Source of the DNA: Flavobacteriaceae bacterium
GTDB lineage: Bacteria; Bacteroidota; Bacteroidia; Flavobacteriales; Flavobacteriaceae
NCBI GenBank assembly: GCA_022424955.1
Contig: JAKMGK010000030.1
Coordinates: forward strand, 6,029-70,028
Reading direction: 5' to 3'
DNA length: 64,000 bases
How positions within the stretch are numbered: position 1 is the first letter of the stretch; each line of letters starts with the position of its first letter. The notes below the pieces were generated by a model. It did no database searches, was not told the origin of the DNA, and saw only the letters and a list, made by a program, of their open reading frames with translations. The position numbers were made by a program, and so were the translations under genes. Below are positions 47,426 through 56,373 of this stretch, in pieces.

Positions 47426-48073
47426 ATGCAAAGAAGAACCGCATTAAAAAATATAGGCCTCTCATTTGGAGCACTTACGCTTACCCCAACGGTAGCGTGC
47501 TTATTACAAAGTTGTCAAACAACTGAAGCAGGTTGGGCCCCCACCTTATTATCTCAAGAGAACGCAGATGTGATGGCAAAAATCATCGATGTAATGTTGC
47601 CCACTACAGCGAATGTCCCTGGGGCAAGTGATTTGAATTTAATTCAATTTATCGATGGATATCTCGCTAATGTAAGTAGTCCAGATGAGCAAGAATTTGC
47701 TAAAATGGCGACGGGTGTTTTCGCAGGTGTTGCACAAGCAGCCGCCGGAAAAGAGAATGCTACAGAGCTAACTGCAGAAGATATCGATGTACAGTTAAAT
47801 AAATTTCTAAGAGCCGCTCCCGAAGATTTAGCTACTCGAGGCGAAGCATTTAATACATATTTAGCTGGACTAGAGGAGGGTACTGCTGGAGCACCACCAA
47901 TTGAAGGAGTGTGTCAAAGTTATTTATTCAACCTTCGTTCATTAGCCATTCGCGCTTTTGAGGGGAATGCTATTATTGGGAAAGAGCATTTAGCCTATGC
48001 ACCCGTACCTGGTCAACAAAAAGGTTGTGTCGATTTACAAGAGGCTACAGGCGGAAAAAAGTGGGGTTTATAA
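47426..48073 (+). CDS. Gluconate 2-dehydrogenase subunit 3-family small subunit (Tat signal)
   Basis: MQRRTALKNIGLSFGALTL twin-arginine signal. The product is 215 aa and lies immediately after the GMC gene. Confidence 0.7.
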   Translation: MQRRTALKNIGLSFGALTLTPTVACLLQSCQTTEAGWAPTLLSQENADVMAKIIDVMLPTTANVPGASDLNLIQFIDGYLANVSSPDEQEFAKMATGVFAGVAQAAAGKENATELTAEDIDVQLNKFLRAAPEDLATRGEAFNTYLAGLEEGTAGAPPIEGVCQSYLFNLRSLAIRAFEGNAIIGKEHLAYAPVPGQQKGCVDLQEATGGKKWGL

Positions 48074-48547
48074 GCTGCGTAAGTATTCAGCAATCGCTCT
48101 TGCTTCTTCTTGACTAAGATTTTGATTAATCATCAAGATATTACTGTATTCTGCTAATAAAGCTTTTGCAATAGGATCTTCTTTGACCATTTCGGCAGGA
48201 TTCATTAACATATTCATGACCCAGGCTGGGTGACGACGCTCATAAATGCCCTTCATTGCGGGACCAATTAGTTTTCCTTCTGCCTTGTGACAGGCGGTGC
48301 ATTTTTGTTTGAAAGCAGTGGACCCTTCTTTAACCATAGCCTCGTCTATAGCACTATCAAATACAAGATCTTTTATTGGTCCAATTCCTCTATTGTCTAG
48401 ATCAACAGGAGTTGTTGTTTTTTCTTGTACTACCTTTGTTTCTTCTTTTTTTGTGCGATTAAATTTAAATCCATCGTCTTTTTTTTCGTTTGAAGAACCA
48501 CAGGCGACAAAGGTTGCGGCTAATAAGAGGGTGTATATCTTTTTCAT
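48068..48547 (-). CDS. Monohaem c-type cytochrome lipoprotein
   Basis: Lipobox FVAC. Haem-binding CTACH with a distal Met region (NMLMNP). Confidence 0.8.
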   Translation of the reverse strand: MKKIYTLLLAATFVACGSSNEKKDDGFKFNRTKKEETKVVQEKTTTPVDLDNRGIGPIKDLVFDSAIDEAMVKEGSTAFKQKCTACHKAEGKLIGPAMKGIYERRHPAWVMNMLMNPAEMVKEDPIAKALLAEYSNILMINQNLSQEEARAIAEYLRSL

Positions 48548-48623
48548 TGAGATGCTAATTATATAGTTAAATGTAATGGCTTGTCGTTAGAATTACAAAA
48601 ATGATGACAAAATCTGTTAAATT

Positions 48624-48645
48624 GTTTTCGAAAACGATTTTAAAA
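48624..48645. promoter_or_regulatory. Candidate operator upstream of the cytochrome c gene
   Basis: Perfect palindrome GTTTTCGAAAAC (48624-48635). CGAAAACGATTTTAAA (48629-48644) matches 45609-45623 with one inserted base. Confidence 0.4.
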
Positions 48646-48654
48646 CTCCTTTTT

Positions 48655-49581
48655 TCAGACAGAATCAACACTATTTCGCACCCTTTTTGTCACTAAATAA
48701 ACTCCTGCAAACACCAGTAAAGTAGCAAAAGATTTGATCAAATCCATCTGGTCGTTCCCAGTAAATGTGGCATAAACGATCGCGATAATGGGTTGTACAT
48801 AGGTCAAGACCCCAATGGTAGTAGGGGGAACCTCTCTTAATGCATACATATTAAGTAAATAAGCGAAGAAGGTGGTAAACAGTAAAACAAAACCTATTCT
48901 CCATAAGGCGTCCCATGGTAAAAGCTGCCAATCCACTGTTAGTAATTCTTTAGTGCCAAAGGGTAAATTCATTAACACCCCCAAAGGGAACATCCATTTC
49001 ATTAATGTTATAACCTGGTATTTTTTTGTGATGGGTTTCATTATGACTAAATAAGCTCCATAACTAAATGCATTGATGAGCATCATCGCATTTCCTAAAG
49101 GGATATTAGGCGCATTTTTTGTAAAGGCACTGCCATACAATACAAGGGTTAAGGCCCCGCCAAAACCTAAAATAATACCCATGAATTTTAATGAAGTAAT
49201 TTTTTCTTTTAAAAATAGCCAAGAAAGTAACATTACTATGATAGGCATAATGGTGATGATTACAGAGCTATTAATTGGTGTTGAAAGACTTAACCCGCGA
49301 ATAAAAAAGACCATATTTAAACACATACCAAAGGCAGTAGCGGCAAAGATTCTAAGATAATCTTGACGTTCAATTTTTTCTGAAGGATAAAAAAGACTCA
49401 AACCACCAAAAAGGACAGAAGCAGTAATGACCCGTAATAGCACTAAACCATAAGGCCCTATATAGTCTGGCATAATTACCTTCATAATGGTATGGTTTAA
49501 ACCATAAATAGTGGTCGCGCCTATGGCGGCAAGTAGAGCGAGAAAACGTTTATCCATCGAGCGCGGCTTTTGCTGCGACAA
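48655..49581 (-). CDS. DMT-superfamily (EamA-like) transporter
   Basis: 10 TM and a duplicated EamA architecture. The start is ATG 49581 or ATG 49557; both overlap the upstream gene end. Confidence 0.8.
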   Translation of the reverse strand: MSQQKPRSMDKRFLALLAAIGATTIYGLNHTIMKVIMPDYIGPYGLVLLRVITASVLFGGLSLFYPSEKIERQDYLRIFAATAFGMCLNMVFFIRGLSLSTPINSSVIITIMPIIVMLLSWLFLKEKITSLKFMGIILGFGGALTLVLYGSAFTKNAPNIPLGNAMMLINAFSYGAYLVIMKPITKKYQVITLMKWMFPLGVLMNLPFGTKELLTVDWQLLPWDALWRIGFVLLFTTFFAYLLNMYALREVPPTTIGVLTYVQPIIAIVYATFTGNDQMDLIKSFATLLVFAGVYLVTKRVRNSVDSV

Positions 49582-49897
49582 TGGTAGCCTTTGCGTTTCC
49601 TATATAAAGCTTGTCATGATACAATAAAACAGGTCGTTTTAAAAAGGTGTAATGGGAGAGTAATAAAACTTTAATTTTAGCTTCATCTAAGGTGCTTTTC
49701 TCGATTTCTTTTAGCTTTTGAGCTCGCTTGTTCAATAGAGCTTCATAAGATCCACTAAGTTGATAAAGCACCTCCAATTGTTCTGCTGTGAGTGGATTTT
49801 TTTTCACATCAATTTGCTTGATGTCATCGGTTAAAGTTAACGTTTTCATGATCCTTTTACAGGTATCACAACCACTTAAATAATAGAATAAATGCAT
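49550..49897 (-). CDS. ArsC/Spx/YffB-family thioredoxin-fold protein
   Basis: 115 aa. N-terminus FYYLSGCDTCKRIMKTL and KRPVLL near the C-terminus. Confidence 0.65.
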   Translation of the reverse strand: MHLFYYLSGCDTCKRIMKTLTLTDDIKQIDVKKNPLTAEQLEVLYQLSGSYEALLNKRAQKLKEIEKSTLDEAKIKVLLLSHYTFLKRPVLLYHDKLYIGNAKATIVAAKAALDG

Positions 49898-49964
49898 TGA
49901 TTTTCACCTTTTGAGCAAAGTAAATCAAAATTAGCCAAAGCAAACAGAAATCAAGGGAATCTCT

Positions 49965-49972
49965 TACCTTTG
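49965..49972 (+). promoter_or_regulatory. Bacteroidetes-type -7 promoter box
   Basis: TACCTTTG lies 24 nt upstream of the ATG at 49997. Confidence 0.45.
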
Positions 49973-49996
49973 TAACAATATTTTTGAAGAGATCAC

Positions 49997-51148
49997 ATGG
50001 AAAAAAAATTGCGATTTAACAGTGCAACAATTCATGGAGGACAAACGCCAGATCCAGCATATGGCGCAGTAATGCCTCCTATTTATCAAACCTCTACCTA
50101 TGCACAAACCACCCCTGGCGGGCATAAAGGATTTGAGTATAGCCGTACCCATAATCCCACCCGTCAAGCCCTTGAAAAATCTTTGGCAAGTATTGAAAAC
50201 GGAAAACACGGCTTAGCCTTTGCCTCTGGATTAGCCGCTATGGATGCCGTTATGAAGTTACTCCAACCAGGAGATGAGGTGATTTCAACCAATGACCTCT
50301 ATGGAGGTTCTTACCGATTGTTTACCAAAATATTTGAAGGTTTTGGCTTAAAATTTCACTTTGTTGGTATGAACGATTTAGCGAATGTTGAAGCAGTCAT
50401 CAATAAGAACACTAAGTTGATTTGGGTGGAAACCCCTACTAACCCCATGATGAATGTGGTCGATATAGCAGCAGTAGCCCAGTTGGCCAAAAAGAATAAT
50501 TTACGCCTTGCGGTTGATAATACTTTTGCTTCCCCCTACTTGCAACAGCCCCTTAATTTTGGGGCAGATATCGTGATGCACTCTGCAACAAAATATTTAG
50601 CTGGGCATTCAGACGTTGTTTTGGGTTCCCTTGTTGTTAACGCTGATGACTTGTACCAGCGTCTGGCCTTTATACAAAACGCTAGCGGTGCGGTACCAGG
50701 TCCTATGGATAGTTTTTTAACGCTTCGCGGAATTAAAACTCTGCATGTGCGTTTACAACGCCACTGCGAAAATGGGAAAGCAGTAGCAGAATATTTAGCA
50801 GCTCATCCAAAAATCGAGAAAGTTTACTGGCCTGGTTTTGACACTCACCCTAATCACGATGTTGCAAAAAAGCAAATGAAAGATTTTGGTGGAATGTTGT
50901 CTTTTATCCCTATGGGAGCAGATTATAAAGCTGCGATCAAAATAGTTGAAAACCTAAAACTCTTTACCCTTGCAGAATCCTTGGGTGGAGTAGAAAGTTT
51001 AGCCGGACATCCCGCTTCCATGACACATGCATCTATCCCTAAAAAAGAGCGTGAGAAAAGCGGAGTAGGGGATGCTCTTATTCGTCTAAGTGTTGGAATT
51101 GAAGATGCTCAAGACTTGATTGACGACCTTGCCCATGCTATTGGTTAG
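49997..51148 (+). CDS. Cys/Met-metabolism PLP-dependent enzyme (cystathionine gamma-synthase/beta-lyase family)
   Basis: PLP-Lys motif HSATKYLAGHSD. The product is 383 aa and has family-typical YSRTHNPT. Confidence 0.85.
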   Translation: MEKKLRFNSATIHGGQTPDPAYGAVMPPIYQTSTYAQTTPGGHKGFEYSRTHNPTRQALEKSLASIENGKHGLAFASGLAAMDAVMKLLQPGDEVISTNDLYGGSYRLFTKIFEGFGLKFHFVGMNDLANVEAVINKNTKLIWVETPTNPMMNVVDIAAVAQLAKKNNLRLAVDNTFASPYLQQPLNFGADIVMHSATKYLAGHSDVVLGSLVVNADDLYQRLAFIQNASGAVPGPMDSFLTLRGIKTLHVRLQRHCENGKAVAEYLAAHPKIEKVYWPGFDTHPNHDVAKKQMKDFGGMLSFIPMGADYKAAIKIVENLKLFTLAESLGGVESLAGHPASMTHASIPKKEREKSGVGDALIRLSVGIEDAQDLIDDLAHAIG

Positions 51149-51180
51149 AAAGATGGTATCTTTATCCTAGAAATTATCGC

Positions 51181-51939
51181 ATGCAACTTCCAGAAGGAAA
51201 GAAAATTTATTTTGCCTCTGACAACCATCTAGGGGCTCCAACAACAGAACAAAGCGCGCTCCGTGAACGCATCTTTGTACAATGGCTTGACCATATCAAA
51301 GACGACGTTGGGGTTTTATTCTTATTGGGAGACTTATTTGACTTTTGGTTTGAATATAAAACTGTTGTTCCTAAGGGCTTTGTTCGGGTGCTAGGAAAAT
51401 TAGCAGAGCTGGCCGATGCAGGAATTCCCATTCATTTTTTTGTAGGAAACCACGACATGTGGATGTTAGACTATCTCGAAAAAGAAATTGGGATAACAGT
51501 ACATTATACTCCCCAGGAATTCACCTTTTGCGGCAAAAGGTTTTTTATAGGGCATGGAGACGGTTTAGGGCCTAATGATATAGGATACAAACGCATGAAG
51601 AAGGTCTTTAAAAATTCTTTTTTTCAGTGGTGTTTTCGTTGGCTACATCCTGACTGGGGCATGCGTTTAGGTCATTATTTATCGGTAAAGAATAAGTTAA
51701 TTTCTGGAGAGGAAGACGCTGTCTTCATAGGAGAAGATAACGAATGGTTAGCACAGTATGCTAAAAGAAAACATCAAGAAAAAGCACGGGATTATTATGT
51801 TTTTGGGCACCGTCATATCCCACTGAATATTCCCATAGAACAAGCCCTCTATATCAATTTGGGCGATTGGATTTCTCATTACACCTATGCAGTTTTTGAT
51901 GGGAAAGCACTCGAACTTAAATCGTGGAAGACCGCATAA
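51181..51939 (+). CDS. lpxH: UDP-2,3-diacylglucosamine diphosphatase
   Basis: Calcineurin-like metallophosphoesterase motifs SDNHLG, GDLFDFW, GNHD and GHGD. Confidence 0.8.
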   Translation: MQLPEGKKIYFASDNHLGAPTTEQSALRERIFVQWLDHIKDDVGVLFLLGDLFDFWFEYKTVVPKGFVRVLGKLAELADAGIPIHFFVGNHDMWMLDYLEKEIGITVHYTPQEFTFCGKRFFIGHGDGLGPNDIGYKRMKKVFKNSFFQWCFRWLHPDWGMRLGHYLSVKNKLISGEEDAVFIGEDNEWLAQYAKRKHQEKARDYYVFGHRHIPLNIPIEQALYINLGDWISHYTYAVFDGKALELKSWKTA

Positions 51940-51942
51940 CAC

Positions 51943-53151
51943 ATGCTAGAAAAAAAAACCTTAGTTGTTGAAAACACTGTGTTGGTGGGTATTATTAATG
52001 CACAACAAGACGAAGATCAATCAAAAGAATATTTAGATGAATTAGCCTTTCTTGCTTTAACAGCAGGTGGGAAGGTGATCAAGCGTTTCACACAAAAGAT
52101 TTCCTTGCCTAATCCTAAAACCTTTATTGGGAGTGGGAAACTTGCCGAAGTTGAACTTTTTGTCAAAGAAAATGACGTTTCTACTGTCGTTTTTGATGAT
52201 GAATTAAGTCCGGCACAACAAAATAATATTGAAAAGACCCTCAAGTGTAAAATTTTAGATCGAACCGGTTTAATTCTTGATATTTTCGCACAGCGTGCAC
52301 AAACCAGTTATGCGCGCACTCAAGTGGAATTAGCACAGTATCAGTATTTATTACCTAGATTAAAAGGACTATGGACCCACTTAGAACGTCAAAAAGGGGG
52401 GATTGGAATGCGCGGTCCTGGGGAGACAGAAATTGAGACAGACCGTCGTATTGTTCGAGATAAGATCACTCTTCTAAAGAAAAAGCTAACCGTTATCGAT
52501 AAGCAAATGGCGACCCAGCGTGGGAACCGTGGAGCACTGGTTCGCGTAGCTTTAGTGGGTTATACCAATGTGGGGAAATCCACCTTGATGAATGTTTTAT
52601 CAAAGAGTAAAGTTTTTGCAGAAAACAAACTTTTTGCTACCCTCGACACAACGGTACGTAAGGTAGTGATTGGGAACCTCCCGTTTTTGTTAAGTGATAC
52701 AGTAGGGTTTATTCGTAAATTACCTACTCAGTTAGTTGAATCGTTTAAAAGCACACTAGACGAGGTGATCGAAGCTGATCTTTTACTACATGTGGTGGAT
52801 ATTGCTCACCCTAATTTTGAAGAGCACATAGCTTCTGTTAATCAAATCTTGCAAGAAATTGAAAGTTTAGATAAACCCACCTTGATGGTTTTTAACAAGA
52901 TTGACGCTTATGCTCCAGAAGTGATCGAAGAAGACGACCTTTTCACAGAACGAACAAGTAAACATTATACCCTTGAAGAATGGGAAGATACATGGATGGC
53001 AAAAATGAATGGGAATGCTTTGTTTATTTCGGCATTAAACAAATCCAATTTAGAAGAATTTAGACAACGTGCCTATGCCGCCATACGCGATATACATGTG
53101 ACTCATTTCCCATATAATCACTTTCTCTATCCCGAAGGATTAGAAGAGTAA
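51943..53151 (+). CDS. hflX: GTPase HflX
   Basis: HflX N-domain, then G1 GYTNVGKST, G3 DTVGF and G4 NKID. Confidence 0.9.
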   Translation: MLEKKTLVVENTVLVGIINAQQDEDQSKEYLDELAFLALTAGGKVIKRFTQKISLPNPKTFIGSGKLAEVELFVKENDVSTVVFDDELSPAQQNNIEKTLKCKILDRTGLILDIFAQRAQTSYARTQVELAQYQYLLPRLKGLWTHLERQKGGIGMRGPGETEIETDRRIVRDKITLLKKKLTVIDKQMATQRGNRGALVRVALVGYTNVGKSTLMNVLSKSKVFAENKLFATLDTTVRKVVIGNLPFLLSDTVGFIRKLPTQLVESFKSTLDEVIEADLLLHVVDIAHPNFEEHIASVNQILQEIESLDKPTLMVFNKIDAYAPEVIEEDDLFTERTSKHYTLEEWEDTWMAKMNGNALFISALNKSNLEEFRQRAYAAIRDIHVTHFPYNHFLYPEGLEE

Positions 53152-53185
53152 ACCAAAAATTAATACCTTTAATAAAAACCTACCT

Positions 53186-54109
53186 ATGAAAAAGTTAATT
53201 TCACTCCCCCTTATTTTTTTATTCTTGGCGTGCGCCAAAAGTGACAGCCCTGAAACAATTGTTGATTTAGAAAGTATTCTTGGTGTTGCTCAATCTGACT
53301 CTCCGCTTGGAGAAGGACTTTTTTTTGAAGATATCAATTATGGAGATGGAGAACGTCAACAACTGGATATTCTTTTTCCAGAAGAGACTAGCCCTAAAGG
53401 AGTGGTTTTGTTTTTTCACGGTGGAGGCTTTACTGGGGGAGATAAAGAACAAGCTTTTGACGAGCTTTTATTAGAAACCATGCAAGCTGTTTTAGATGAA
53501 AATATTGCGATTGTTAGTGCGAATTATACTTTATTAACTACCCCTGGAAATCAAGGAGTAATTTCTGCACTTGAAGATGGCATGCTGGTCATTGACTTCA
53601 TACAAGACCGTCTAGCAGATTTAAACATTCCCACAAATAAAATAGTCTTAGCGGGAACCTCTGCAGGTGCTGGAATCGCTCAATGGAATGGCTTTAAGAA
53701 TGAGATTAATACTCAGGTGCAAGGGGTGCTTGCCATTGCTGCGCAAAGCACTTATGATTTATATGAATGGGAGAATGTTTTTCCAGGATTTAGCCTTGAC
53801 AATTTAAGACAAATGAGTCCCTTCTTGCAAACTCTTTTCTTAGGGTTTTATGGAGGAGAACCTACCCAAGCAGATTTAGACGCAGTAGACTATCGTGACT
53901 TTATGGATACAACAGATCCAGCATTATATGTCTATAATTTTGCAGGAGATGAGCTTATTAATGCGCAAGGTGAAATTGATTTTGATGTATTGTATCACAG
54001 TTTCCGCCACAGTGACTATTTAAGATCAAAAGCCATTGAGTTAGAGCAAGAGTTTTCTGGAATTTTTCAAGAATCACCAGAAGCTTTTGTGATTCGTGTA
54101 CTAGATTAA
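53186..54109 (+). CDS. Alpha/beta hydrolase lipoprotein (esterase/lipase-like)
   Basis: Lipobox FLAC. Oxyanion HGGGF and nucleophile elbow GTSAG. Confidence 0.75.
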   Translation: MKKLISLPLIFLFLACAKSDSPETIVDLESILGVAQSDSPLGEGLFFEDINYGDGERQQLDILFPEETSPKGVVLFFHGGGFTGGDKEQAFDELLLETMQAVLDENIAIVSANYTLLTTPGNQGVISALEDGMLVIDFIQDRLADLNIPTNKIVLAGTSAGAGIAQWNGFKNEINTQVQGVLAIAAQSTYDLYEWENVFPGFSLDNLRQMSPFLQTLFLGFYGGEPTQADLDAVDYRDFMDTTDPALYVYNFAGDELINAQGEIDFDVLYHSFRHSDYLRSKAIELEQEFSGIFQESPEAFVIRVLD

Positions 54110-54159
54110 TTTCTACTCTCTCCTTATTTTTTACGCTTTCTAATATGTTTTAGTTTTAA

Positions 54160-54270
54160 TACGGCAAAGGTCCAAAGTTCCATTTAGCTTTTCGCTATAC
54201 AGGTAGTGGAAAAACGGCAAGTGATGGCACTTATGAAATAGACGATATTAGGATTTTTACAAAACAATAA
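54160..54270 (+). pseudogene. Start-less 3' relic of a secreted-protein gene
   Basis: The 36 codons YGKGPKFHLAFRYTGSGKTASDGTYEIDDIRIFTKQ* are open, preceded by an in-frame TAA (54157-54159) with no start codon. The sequence resembles the C-terminal strand pattern (..AFRYTG....W.IDD..I) of choice-of-anchor J/MAM-like domains. Confidence 0.45.
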
Positions 54271-54271
54271 A

Positions 54272-55189
54272 TTATTTAACTGGAAAGAGAATTTCAGAAA
54301 TTAGTTCATTAGGCGGGGTGTTCATAGGGCTATTATACATGATTTCCATGGGGGATAGTTTGCGAGAGGGTTTAAATTTTTTAGCCCGTTGATGCATCAT
54401 TCCTGCTGCCCAGGCATTGCCAATATGGTGATAAGGCCCAGTGTGGCGAATGGTATAGGCAGAAAACTTTGGGAGTTCTCCTACATAGTATTGCGCTGGA
54501 AGATCTTCGGGCACCTCGCTTACTGGATGTCCGGTAGTGTAGACAATCTTGTCTCGCACCACATTCATATCGTGATAGATCGAAATCCCATTTCCGCTAA
54601 TTTTATCTTGATGATTTGGCATCAGATAGGGCATGAGTTCTCCAAAATCTCGCTCCATATTTTCTGCAATAGCAGAAAAAGCACAGCTGGTTTTAATCCC
54701 AATAAATTTTGTTGCATGGAAAGTTTTTATTCCTTTAAATTCTAAATTTGAATTCGTCTTTCCTGTCTCTACAAGATCTTTTAATAGGGCTAAACCGCGG
54801 TCATAATCCATTCCTACAAAAATTTCCATTTGCTTTTTCATCCAAAACAAAAAGAAGGGGAGGCTACTTTCCATGGTCCACTGAACCAGGGTTCCTTTTT
54901 TAGTCTTTTTGAGGTGGAATTTTGTAATGGCTTTCGATTTCCAGGGTTTTAAAAATTGTAGATTCATCACGATAGATTCGTTTTTTGCTTCTGAAGTGAT
55001 TTTTAAATTTTCACTCCCAATGATGTCTCCATCCCAGTCGTGGTATTTCCCGTCTTTAGCAACATTGATTATTACGGTGGGTTCTGCAAGTCTCCAGGGG
55101 GACCATTGTTCCCAGTTATTTAAATTATTAATAATAGGGAAGATCTTTGCTGGGGTCGCGTCAATAAGAATTGACTTGTTTACATTCAT
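54272..55189 (-). CDS. SRPBCC-domain plus GyrI-like (effector-binding) domain fusion protein
   Basis: The N-terminal half (SILIDATPAKIFPIINNLNNWEQWSPW) is SRPBCC-like. The C-terminal half (FIGIKT...GPYHHIGNAW) is GyrI-like. ATG 55189 is chosen because the longer ORF would run into the upstream gene. Confidence 0.65.
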   Translation of the reverse strand: MNVNKSILIDATPAKIFPIINNLNNWEQWSPWRLAEPTVIINVAKDGKYHDWDGDIIGSENLKITSEAKNESIVMNLQFLKPWKSKAITKFHLKKTKKGTLVQWTMESSLPFFLFWMKKQMEIFVGMDYDRGLALLKDLVETGKTNSNLEFKGIKTFHATKFIGIKTSCAFSAIAENMERDFGELMPYLMPNHQDKISGNGISIYHDMNVVRDKIVYTTGHPVSEVPEDLPAQYYVGELPKFSAYTIRHTGPYHHIGNAWAAGMMHQRAKKFKPSRKLSPMEIMYNSPMNTPPNELISEILFPVK

Positions 55190-55236
55190 TTTTGGTATTA
55201 GTGTAGGTTTTTTGTTTAAAGAATAAATGTAATAAA

Positions 55237-56373
55237 TTAATTGTATTTCACTTTCCGAAGAATGCGCAGACAATCTTTATAAGTTTGGTAGAGTGCTGGA
55301 TCTTTGTTTTTTAAATAATTTTTTGCTTCCTCTAGATGGTTTATTGCCTTTGGGATATTATTAAAAATGCACAGCATGTATATCGTACAAAGATTAAACA
55401 GTTCGCTTTCTTCTTTTAGGGTAAAGGCTTTTTGGGCTTTGAGTTTTTCGAGTAAGACATTATTGTTATTTAATAAATGCATAAGACTGCGTTTATCCAG
55501 TTGAGGAGCTTCAAATAATAGTTTTGTGTCTAATTTGTAACTTCCATTTTCTTCAAAAGAAATATTCACTTGCTCTAAGGGGTAGTACTTGTTTCGTCCA
55601 TTAAGTCCTAATGAAACATATTCTGTAAGGATAAATTTATCTTCTGTAAAGCTAATTTCAACTTCGTCTAGATTAGAGTAAAACAGTTTAACTTGTTCAT
55701 TAATCAATTCTATATCTACCCTAGAATAGTAGATTTTATTTTTCACTTTTTTTTGTAATCCCGACCAGCAAACCACAAAGGTTTCTTTGAACACTCGGTA
55801 AGAGGTGGTTAGATCTTCGTGATGATTTTGTAAAAAGTCTACTACTCCATCAAGGGTTAGACTAATATTATTCTGGGCGTGTTTTTCAATGGTTTTGACC
55901 CTTTCACTATTGGTGTCTTTGAGTTCAATATCAAAATCTTTAGGCATGGAAATACTGCCTTCTCTAAAGAAAACAGCCCCGCCAAAATATTTCCAGATAT
56001 TTTTCTTTAAGGCGGTGATCTGGTCAATGGGTCTAATGGTAACTAAGCCCACCACTTTCCCTTCGGGGAGATGTGGAAAAGGAATATTTTCATACAAAAC
56101 TAAAGGGGCGTTTTCGAGATAGGCATTGATGAGGTTTTGCAATTTGCTATCGTCGAAAAAATCTACTCCTAAAATACTATTTGCTTTGTCCTCTATTCCT
56201 ACAACGATATAGGCGTTGTTTTTTGGATTTGAATTAGAAAGGGCACAAATATGTTTTAAGAATTTTGCTTTCCCTTCTTTTGTGGTTAAATTCAATTTTA
56301 ACTTTTTGTCATAAAAGCTGTTTTCGTCATTGTGAGACAATAAGGCTTTGACTAAAAGTCGTTTGTTGATCAT
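55237..56373 (-). CDS. AlbA_2/Schlafen-like N-terminal domain protein with uncharacterised C-terminal ~230 aa
   Basis: ENSFYDKKLKLN...KFLKHICALSNSNPKNNAYIVVGIED...GKVVGLVTIRP...FFREGSISMP follows the AlbA_2 pattern. The gene is markedly AT-rich. Its ATG overlaps the SDR stop (ATGA). Confidence 0.55.
   Translation of the reverse strand: MINKRLLVKALLSHNDENSFYDKKLKLNLTTKEGKAKFLKHICALSNSNPKNNAYIVVGIEDKANSILGVDFFDDSKLQNLINAYLENAPLVLYENIPFPHLPEGKVVGLVTIRPIDQITALKKNIWKYFGGAVFFREGSISMPKDFDIELKDTNSERVKTIEKHAQNNISLTLDGVVDFLQNHHEDLTTSYRVFKETFVVCWSGLQKKVKNKIYYSRVDIELINEQVKLFYSNLDEVEISFTEDKFILTEYVSLGLNGRNKYYPLEQVNISFEENGSYKLDTKLLFEAPQLDKRSLMHLLNNNNVLLEKLKAQKAFTLKEESELFNLCTIYMLCIFNNIPKAINHLEEAKNYLKNKDPALYQTYKDCLRILRKVKYN

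Noticed and set aside
49898-49996. SAM riboswitch upstream of the cystathionine gamma-synthase-like gene
   Set aside because: Only ~100 nt is available, and a -7 box lies 24 nt from the ATG. I see none of the conserved helices or kink-turn features of SAM-I, nor a SAM-II pseudoknot.
51149-51180. Terminator after the metB-like gene (AAAGAT-GGT-ATCTTT)
   Set aside because: The stem is a 6-bp AT-rich stem with a 3-nt loop and no U-run. The next gene starts 32 nt later, so this is probably the same operon.
54389-55226. Plus-strand ORFs 54389-54745 and 54909-55226
   Set aside because: They are antisense to the SRPBCC/GyrI-like gene and have no recognisable motifs.
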